The notes beneath the pieces are model-generated. The model saw only the letters and a list, made by a program, of their open reading frames with translations. It ran no database searches and had not been told where the DNA came from. This document shows, piece after piece, positions 16,868 through 23,312 of a stretch of 23,312 bases of DNA. This DNA is from Candidatus Eiseniibacteriota bacterium. Its GTDB lineage: Bacteria; Joyebacterota; Joyebacteria; Joyebacterales; Joyebacteraceae. Every line of letters begins with the position of its first letter. The first letter of the stretch is position 1. A program made the position numbers and the translations under genes. The stretch lies in contig JBDRFG010000114.1 of assembly GCA_043819135.1 (NCBI GenBank), positions 1 through 23,312 of the forward strand, given 5' to 3'.

Positions 16868-18685
16868 CTAGTCGAGTTCGAACTCGTCGCGCCAATTGAT
16901 GTCGTCAGACAGAGCCTTTTGCTCCATCTTGTCGACGAGGTAGTTTCCCATGATGAGGTAGTCCATCTCAGTTCTCATGAAGCACATGTACGCGTCGTGC
17001 GGGGAACAGACGATGGGTTCCCCTCGGACGTTGAACGATGTGTTGATGATGACCGAACAGCCGCTCTTCTTCCGGAACGCGTCGATGACATCGTAGTAAC
17101 GCTGATTGTCCTCTCGAGAGACCGTCTGAAGCCTCGCCGAGTAGTCGACGTGCGTCACGGCCGGGATGTCCGAGCGTACCACGTTGAGCTTCTTCAGCCC
17201 GAACCAGCTCTTCTCCTGGTCGGTCATCTCGCGTCTGATGTCCTCCCTCACGGGAGCGACAAGCAGCATGTAGGGGCTTGGGCGGTCGATGCCGAAGTAC
17301 TCGTCGGCGTGGTCCACGAGCACCGTCGGCGCGAAGGGTCTGAAGCTCTCGCGGTACTTGATCTTCAGATTCATCGTGCGCTGCATCTCGGACGACCTCG
17401 CGTCGCCCATGATGCTCCTGCCACCGAGGGCCCTCGGGCCGAACTCCATCCGCCCGTTGAAGAACCCGACGACCTTCTCCGAGCAGAGCAGGTCGGCTAT
17501 CCGGTCGGGGATCTCGGTGTCCTTGAGCTCGGTGAAGGGGATGCCATTCTCCTCGAGGTAGCTCAGTATGCGCCCGTTCTCGAAGCAGGGCCCGAGGTAG
17601 GAGGCCTTCTGGAAGTCGTGCTTGTCGTCGGCCTCGCGCTCGTTCCCGAGATACTGGTACCACGCGAAGAGAGCCGCTCCAAGAGCGCCGCCGGCGTCGC
17701 CGGCCGCGGGTTGGATCCAGATGTCGTCGAAGATGCCGCTCCTCAGGATCTTCCCGTTCGACACACAGTTGAGGGCGCATCCTCCGGCGAGGCAGAGGTA
17801 CCTGGCCCCCGTCTCCTGCCGGACGTGGCGCGCCATCCGCATCATGACCTCCTCGGTCACGTCCTGCACGGACCGCGCGAGGTCCATGTCCCGCTGCCTG
17901 AGGTCGGTCTCCGGCGTCCTGGCCGGACCTCCGAAGAGCTTCTCGAACGCCCGATTGGTCATCGTCAGACCGGCGCAGTAGTCGAAGTACTTCATGTTCA
18001 TCCTGAAAGAGCCGTCCTCCTTGAGGTCCATGAGCTCTGACAGGATGAGATCGACGTACTTGGGTTCTCCGTACGGAGCGAGGCCCATGACCTTATACTC
18101 GCCCGAGTTGACCCGGAAGCCGGTGTAGTACGTGAACGCCGAGTAGAGCAGTCCGAGCGAGTGGGGGAACTTGATCTCGCCCAGGATCTCGATCTCGTTT
18201 CCACGCCCGATACCGTAGCTTGAGGTGGTCCACTCGCCGACGCCGTCGACCGTGATGAACGCCGCCTCCCGGAAAGGGGAGGGGAAGAACGCGGACGCCG
18301 CGTGCGACTCGTGGTGTTCGGTGAAGAGTATGTCGCCGTCGTAGTCCAGCTCGCGGGACAGGAAGTCCTTCATCCAGAGCTTCTTCCTGACCCAAAGAGG
18401 TACGGCTTTGATGAACGACGAGATGCCGTGCGGAGCGTACCCGAGGTAGGTCTCGAGTATGCGCTCGAACTTGATGAGCGGCTTTTCATAGAAGACCACG
18501 TAGTCAAGGTCCGCGGAGGATGCGCCGGCCTCGGACAGGCAGTACCGGATGGCGTTGCCCGGGTAGCGGAGATCGTGCTTCTTTCGGGAGAACCGCTCCT
18601 CCTGAGCTGCCGCGACTATCTCGCCGTCCTCGACGAGTGCTGCCGCGCTGTCATGGTAGAAGGCCGAGACGCCCAGGATTCTCAT
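16868..18685 (-). CDS. O-carbamoyltransferase, CmcH/NodU/TobZ (SxtI-like) family
   Basis: YHDSAAA, QEERFSRKKHD, EHHESHAASAF, DGVGEW, GEYKVMGLAPYG, GDAGGALG, EFGPRALG.RSI, ESFRPFAP, NTSFNVRGEPIV. Confidence 0.96.
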   Translation of the reverse strand: MRILGVSAFYHDSAAALVEDGEIVAAAQEERFSRKKHDLRYPGNAIRYCLSEAGASSADLDYVVFYEKPLIKFERILETYLGYAPHGISSFIKAVPLWVRKKLWMKDFLSRELDYDGDILFTEHHESHAASAFFPSPFREAAFITVDGVGEWTTSSYGIGRGNEIEILGEIKFPHSLGLLYSAFTYYTGFRVNSGEYKVMGLAPYGEPKYVDLILSELMDLKEDGSFRMNMKYFDYCAGLTMTNRAFEKLFGGPARTPETDLRQRDMDLARSVQDVTEEVMMRMARHVRQETGARYLCLAGGCALNCVSNGKILRSGIFDDIWIQPAAGDAGGALGAALFAWYQYLGNEREADDKHDFQKASYLGPCFENGRILSYLEENGIPFTELKDTEIPDRIADLLCSEKVVGFFNGRMEFGPRALGGRSIMGDARSSEMQRTMNLKIKYRESFRPFAPTVLVDHADEYFGIDRPSPYMLLVAPVREDIRREMTDQEKSWFGLKKLNVVRSDIPAVTHVDYSARLQTVSREDNQRYYDVIDAFRKKSGCSVIINTSFNVRGEPIVCSPHDAYMCFMRTEMDYLIMGNYLVDKMEQKALSDDINWRDEFELD

Positions 18686-18844
18686 CCGCGCCGGTCCTCG
18701 GGAAAGTGCGTGTTCAGGAGATCCGCCTTGTTCATGCGATGCCTGCTCGATGGTCTATGACGCCTTCACGGTCTAGCCGTGGCCATCCGCCGTCAGCCAG
18801 GGGGTCGACCCTGCCGCGTGGATCCTCACGCTGAAGCAGCCGCA

Positions 18845-18873
18845 ATTGTACCAGACCCCGCCCCCTATGTAAC
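18845..18873 (-). promoter_or_regulatory. Extended -10 promoter candidate for the carbamoyltransferase operon
   Basis: Minus strand GTTACA-N17-TACAAT with TGn extension (TGGTACAAT). Confidence 0.5.
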
Positions 18874-19263
18874 CGTACATTCACCGGGATAGCTTTTCGC
18901 CCGGCCGTGCGGGGAGACCCTCTCGCCGGTCAGCATGCGCCCAATCGACGTCCTCAGTGGGGCGCATGCCGGCGTTGAATTCGTGAGCCCATTCGGTAGT
19001 GACCATGGAGCGCGCGGGAAGGTCGGGGAGGTGCTCCAACCGGTACGCCTCGCGTGGCGACTACGGCAGCTGCGGGGCGTCTGTACATCCAGTGGGGCAA
19101 CGCTTTCTTCCTGCCACGCGCAGCGGGTGAGCGCTTAGTCGGGATAGAATATGCCGACCCTGTGCCGCCGCAAGACCACGTCCGGCAGACCAACGCGTCT
19201 GACCGGCCAATCCCAGTGCAGTGACCAGGTGGGAGACAGCGGAATCGCACCGACAAGGTTCTG

Positions 19264-19292
19264 TTGACGGCGGCTCGCAGACGCGCTAGATT
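19264..19292 (+). promoter_or_regulatory. Sigma-70 promoter for DUF4900 copy 2
   Basis: TTGACG-N17-TAGATT. Confidence 0.6.
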
Positions 19293-19405
19293 AAGTGCGA
19301 CGGTAAGGTTCCGTAGCAATCGTGCGGTACAGGGAGGATCCGTCCGTTGGAGTTCGCGTCCACGGCTGTTGTCTGCGGGCGCTCCCGCGAGTCCCAGGAG
19401 GGCGT

Positions 19406-20791
19406 ATGGGCAATCAGAGTTTCATTTCGATCTTCGGCAGGAGTCGAGTCCGCACCCGGACCGGGTGGTGGCCGCGCCGGATGCGAGGCCAGACCGGCAG
19501 CAGCCTGGTGGCGGTTCTCGCGATCACGACCGCGGTCCTCCTGGTCGGAGGTGCGTTGTTCGCTCTGGGGGTTGGTGAGAGCGGTGTTGTGGACTACAGC
19601 ATCGATTCCACCCGGGCGTTCTGGATCGCCGAGAGCGGAGTCGAGCGGGCGAGAGGGTGGCTTGAAGCTCAGGCTTCAGAGGTGCCACCGGTCTTCCCGG
19701 CCGATGGTGCTTTCCCGGGGCAGCCTCTTGGGGGAGGGGAGTACGACGTCACTATCACGCAGTACTCCGGAGCGAATCCCTGGGTCACGGAGTACCAGGT
19801 GATCTCGACCGGTGTCTTCGAGGGGGCCGTCAGCCACGTTCGGGCAGTTCTGCGAAATGAGACCTTCGCCCAGTACATGTACTTCGCAGATGAGATGCGA
19901 GAGATCTGGTTCATCACCGGCGACAGGCTGGACGGGCGCGTGCACACGAACGGCTACATTCGGATCAGCGGTGACCCCTGGTTCGGGATGAAGGTCAGTA
20001 CGGCCAAGGATGAGATCATCATGAGGGATGGGAGCGACCCGACGTTCGAAGGCGGGTACGAGGTGGGTGTCGAGGAAGTTCCGCTCCCCGTCCCATCAGA
20101 CCTGGTGACGACCGTGCGGGCGCAGGCGCTGTCCGAGGGGATCTACGAGGGTGCACTGACGGGTGAGTACGCCAAGTATGAGGTGAAGATCGGCAAGGAC
20201 GGGTGGTTGGGGAGCTTCAGTTACCGCGCGTACCGCAGGCCCAGCCCGTACGCTCCCTATTCATGGTCCGACTGGACCGACGTCTACATCCCCGACATCA
20301 ACGGAGTGGTGTGGTTCGAGGAACCGGTCCACGTCAGCGGTGTGCTCGACGGCCAGCTGACGATAGGGTCGGCCGTGGACATCTACATCGACGACAACAT
20401 CATCTACAATGATTCCACCCCGGAGCACGGTCCGGACCTCGGAGGCGATGACGTGCTGGGCCTGGTTTCTGCCGGGAACGTCGTCGTTGCGCGGACGACG
20501 GCGAATCAGAACGACGTCGTGATTCACGCGCACATGCTGGCGCTCGACACGTCGTTCACGGCAGAGGACTACGACGAGGGGCTTCCGCGTGGGACGCTCA
20601 CGCTGTACGGCGGATTCGCCCAACAGACTCAGGGCGCCGTCGGGATGTTCGGCTCCAGCGGCATCATCCACGGATACCAGAAGGACTACCACTACGACAT
20701 GAACCTGCTCGGGCACTCGCCGCCAGGGTATCCGGGGACCGGGAAATACCTCCTCACGCTCTGGGAGGAGCTCTCCTCTATCGAAGCGTGA
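19406..20791 (+). CDS. PilX-like N-terminus plus DUF4900-like domain, copy 2
   Basis: ATG behind AGGAGG; QTG|SSLVAVLAITTAVLLV, RAFWIAESG, FAQYMYFAD..IWF..D.LDGRVHTNG, DDVLGLVSA, HAHMLALDTSF, GYQKDYHYD; colinear with the 10852 protein. Confidence 0.82.
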   Translation: MGNQSFISIFGRSRVRTRTGWWPRRMRGQTGSSLVAVLAITTAVLLVGGALFALGVGESGVVDYSIDSTRAFWIAESGVERARGWLEAQASEVPPVFPADGAFPGQPLGGGEYDVTITQYSGANPWVTEYQVISTGVFEGAVSHVRAVLRNETFAQYMYFADEMREIWFITGDRLDGRVHTNGYIRISGDPWFGMKVSTAKDEIIMRDGSDPTFEGGYEVGVEEVPLPVPSDLVTTVRAQALSEGIYEGALTGEYAKYEVKIGKDGWLGSFSYRAYRRPSPYAPYSWSDWTDVYIPDINGVVWFEEPVHVSGVLDGQLTIGSAVDIYIDDNIIYNDSTPEHGPDLGGDDVLGLVSAGNVVVARTTANQNDVVIHAHMLALDTSFTAEDYDEGLPRGTLTLYGGFAQQTQGAVGMFGSSGIIHGYQKDYHYDMNLLGHSPPGYPGTGKYLLTLWEELSSIEA

Positions 20792-20824
20792 TCGGCGCCA
20801 CATCGGCCGCTCAAGGAGTCAGCA

Positions 20825-22198
20825 GTGCCCCGCTGGCGCAGCTTCATAGCCACCCGTGTCGTGGACCCGCTGGGATGGAAGATCAAGGGAACGGACCTGG
20901 GTGGACGCCTCACCGAGTTCCGCGCGCGTCAGTGGGACGACCCGGACGCGTGGCGGAGGCGCAGGGACGAGTTTCTGGGGCAACTGCTCATTCACTGCGT
21001 GACGCGCGTGCCCTACTACGCGGCGCGCGTAGGCGGGCTAACCCCCGAGTCCATCACGGCCGATCCCCTCGCGGCTTTGCGTTCATTCCCCATACTCGGG
21101 CGGTCCGAGCTCATTGAGCACTTCGATGAGCTCCATTGCGACATGGGGCGCGGCGCGTGGCTCGACAAGTCCGGCGGCTCGACCGGGACGCCGGTCCGTT
21201 TCCTCCACGACAAGCACTACAAGACGGCTGCGTTCGCGACGACCCAGCTCTCGTTCGACTGGGCGGGCGTAGCCCGCGGGGACCGCCGAGTGGGTCTCTG
21301 GGCGGCGAGGCGCGATCTCGTCGGGCGTCACTCGCCTGTAAGACGGCTGAGCAGCTTCTTCCGGGACATCACGATCCTCGATGCGTTCCGCATGTGTGAG
21401 GGTGAGATGCGCGAGTACGTCGACGTTCTGAACCGCCGGCGGCCCGTGTGTCTGGACGGCTACACGGAGGCCATCTTTGCTCTGGCCGAGTTCGTTGAAC
21501 GCGACGGGCTGGACGTGGCGTCTCCTCGCGCGGTCGCGACCACCGCCGGGACGCTTCTCCCTCACATGCGCGAGAAGATCGGGCAGGTGTTCCGCGCGCC
21601 GATCTTCGACAGGTATGGGACCCGCGAGGCCGGTCTCATCGCCACTGAGTGCGACCGTCACCAGGGGCTCCACCTGATGGGAGAGACGACCGTCCTCGAA
21701 ATCCTCGACCGGAACGGTCGGGAGGTCGGTGTAGGGGAGTCGGGCGAGACTGTCGCCACCAACCTCTGGAACTACACGATGCCTCTCATCCGCTACCGCG
21801 TGCAGGACCAGGTGGTGCGAGGCCCGGACCTCTGCGGTTGCGGCAGGTCGTATCCGATGGTCCAGCGGATCGTGGGCAGGGCTGGGTCGTGCTTCCCCAG
21901 GCCAGGCGGGGGTATCGTTCTCCCGGAACTCTGGGTGCGGCTCTTTGGTGTCGAGTTCGACGTGCCCGGCATTGACAAGTACCAGTTCGTTCAGGAAGAG
22001 CTCGATCGGATAACGGCGCGGATCGTGCTTCGGCCCGGATACGAGGGACCCGATCTCAAGACGCGTGAGGCGATCGTCGCGCGCATCTGCGATGTCATGG
22101 GCGCCCCCTGCCACGTTGATTTCTCCATCGAGGACGACATTCCCCCGACCGAATCCGGGAAGCACCTCTACTCGGTGTCGAAGGTCGAGTCGAGTTGA
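20825..22198 (+). CDS. Phenylacetate-CoA ligase family / CapK-like adenylate-forming enzyme
   Basis: VPYY, P-loop KSGGSTGTP, DRYGTREAG, TNLWNYTMPLIRY, CGCGR, IVGR, IPPTESGKH; GTG behind AAGGAG. Confidence 0.88.
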   Translation: MPRWRSFIATRVVDPLGWKIKGTDLGGRLTEFRARQWDDPDAWRRRRDEFLGQLLIHCVTRVPYYAARVGGLTPESITADPLAALRSFPILGRSELIEHFDELHCDMGRGAWLDKSGGSTGTPVRFLHDKHYKTAAFATTQLSFDWAGVARGDRRVGLWAARRDLVGRHSPVRRLSSFFRDITILDAFRMCEGEMREYVDVLNRRRPVCLDGYTEAIFALAEFVERDGLDVASPRAVATTAGTLLPHMREKIGQVFRAPIFDRYGTREAGLIATECDRHQGLHLMGETTVLEILDRNGREVGVGESGETVATNLWNYTMPLIRYRVQDQVVRGPDLCGCGRSYPMVQRIVGRAGSCFPRPGGGIVLPELWVRLFGVEFDVPGIDKYQFVQEELDRITARIVLRPGYEGPDLKTREAIVARICDVMGAPCHVDFSIEDDIPPTESGKHLYSVSKVESS

Positions 22199-22335
22199 TG
22201 CACCGGTCGCCGAGCGGAGAGCGGAGTTGGATGCCTTCGAGGAGAACTGCCCCAAGTACAAGCAGAAGAGCATCGGGGTTGAGCTCGGCGACGAAGCGAT
22301 GGAGAAACTGAAGGCGCTTGGATGCGTTCGGAAGC
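22198..22335 (+). pseudogene. Relic C-terminal tail of a sulfatase/alkaline-phosphatase-superfamily-type protein
   Basis: RAELDAFEE...VELGDEAMEKLKALGCV resembles the 'L..E..E.L(R/K)ALGY(V/L)' tail; an out-of-frame ATG overlaps the upstream stop (TGATG). Confidence 0.5.
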
Positions 22336-22384
22336 CGGCGCGGGCGCCGTGCGGTTCGAGTCTCGTCGGCCCCCCCTGTACTTC

Positions 22385-22525
22385 GGTGGAACTTCCTCAA
22401 TCGCCTCACCTGCTCGTCCGTGACCATCCAAGTCCCCCTTCCTGAAGAACTCAGATAGTCTGCGACACCCGCCCAAACCGGTAGTTCTAATTGTCGTTCG
22501 CAGCAGTTATCATTGTCGCTGATCA
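22385..22525 (-). mobile_element. Truncated IS21-family left end with IstA N-terminus
   Basis: Minus strand starts TGATCAG and carries twin subterminal repeats CGACAATGATAACT / CGACAATTAGAACT, then an RBS and ATG 22427 encoding MVTDEQVRRLRK before similarity breaks. Confidence 0.6.
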
Positions 22526-22705
22526 CCCGCGCGGAGAACGTGGCACAGAGCGCACGTATGGAGCTCTGACGGTACAGCGCGGGGCAAGTTGGTGATCGTT
22601 GGATGAGAATGCGGTAGGGGATGGAGCGGTCCATGGAGGGGGTGTGGTGCGCATCACTCCGGAGCGTGATGCGTAGTCCGTTGTGTTCCATGGAAGGGGA
22701 GCAAG

Positions 22706-23312
22706 GTGAGACGAGTAATACGGCTCCTGGCGATGCTCGCGCTGCTCGTGCTGGGTGCCACCACGTCATGTACGCAGGGGGCGGGAGAGGAATGGGACGA
22801 TCTCATGCAAGAGGCTGCTTCTCTCTATGGGAAGGGGCAGTATGACCAAGCGGTGACGGGCGCCAAGAAGGCACTCGAGATTGCCGAAGAGAATGCTGGC
22901 CCGTATCATCCCGATGTGGCCCGGAGCCTGAATGTCATGGCACTTGCCTACCACGCTGAGGGGCAGTACGCTCGGGCGGAGTCGCTATATGGCCGCTCTC
23001 TGGCAGTCTTCGAGATGGCTCTCGGGCCGGACCATCCTGAAGTCGCCACGAGCCTGAACAACCTGGCGCGGTTCTGGAGTGGCCAGGGCCGCTACGCTGA
23101 GGCCGAGCCTCTGTACGAGCGCTCTCTGGCAATCGTCGAAGCGGCTCTCGGGCCGGACCATCCTACCGTCGCCACCAGTCTGAACAACCTGGCTGCACTC
23201 CACGATGCCCAGGGCCGCTACGCCGAGGCCGAGCCTCTGTACGAGCGCTCTCTGGCAATCGTCGAAGCGGCTCTCGGGCCGGACCATCCTACCGTCGCCA
23301 CCAGTCTGAACA
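22706..23312 (+). CDS. Exported tetratricopeptide-repeat protein with 42-aa kinesin-light-chain-type repeats, 3'-partial; absent from the ORF track
   Basis: GTG behind GGGGAG; MRRVIRLLAMLALLVLGATTSC signal; repeats QGRYAEAEPLYERSLAIVEAALGPDHPTVATSLNNLA; no stop before the window end. Confidence 0.9.
   Translation, partial: MRRVIRLLAMLALLVLGATTSCTQGAGEEWDDLMQEAASLYGKGQYDQAVTGAKKALEIAEENAGPYHPDVARSLNVMALAYHAEGQYARAESLYGRSLAVFEMALGPDHPEVATSLNNLARFWSGQGRYAEAEPLYERSLAIVEAALGPDHPTVATSLNNLAALHDAQGRYAEAEPLYERSLAIVEAALGPDHPTVATSLN
23083..23312 (+). repeat. Near-identical 126-bp tandem coding repeats
   Basis: CCAGGGCCGCTACGC... recurs at 23083 and 23209 and stays almost identical to the window end; more diverged units precede it. 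Confidence 0.9.

Noticed and set aside
16142..18685. Saxitoxin biosynthesis cluster
   Set aside because: Only the widespread I/J/K/SGNH-like module is present; nothing resembling sxtA, sxtG or sxtB is in the window.
22337..22348. GGCGCGGGCGCC match to repeat unit 1 (7646-7657) as a fourth repeat copy
   Set aside because: A 12-bp all-GC match is plausible by chance in this composition, and the other conserved blocks are missing.
22095..22769. 224-aa minus-strand ORF as a transposase
   Set aside because: Only about 12 internal residues look like IstA; the rest crosses the IS end, the spacer and the antisense of neighbouring genes.

Overview
GC-rich bacterial window. A FlgD-Ig/T9SS-like C-terminal relic and a PEP-CTERM protein suggest an FCB-type lineage (inference). 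Bases 1-7503 are core genome: a partial phosphate acyltransferase, tRNA-Leu, tig, clpP, lon, engB, a class-V aminotransferase, tRNA-Lys and tRNA-Glu. clpX is missing from its usual place and ClpP has Asn at the catalytic Asp. An accessory cell-surface region starts right after tRNA-Glu. It opens with two ~190-bp structured tRNA-linked repeats; the first regenerates the 19-nt tRNA 3' end, and a degenerate third copy lies 5.8 kb away. Three adjacent 'cored-out' pseudogenes follow (ketoacyl synthase, YkwB-type GNAT, secreted FlgD-Ig protein), each keeping its start and end but missing the middle. Next come a fibro-slime PEP-CTERM gene, a minor-pilin cassette with a sigma-54-like promoter (DUF4900/PilX-like, PilW-like, PilV-like), two divergent SGNH hydrolases and an sxtI-J-K-like carbamoyltransferase module whose 52-aa DUF5989 gene is missing from the ORF track. 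The window ends with a second DUF4900 paralog, a CapK/phenylacetate-CoA-ligase-like gene, a sulfatase-tail relic, a tRNA-like 3' fragment, an IS21 left-end relic and a 42-aa-repeat TPR gene running off the edge. All family calls come from motif recognition by eye; no searches were run.
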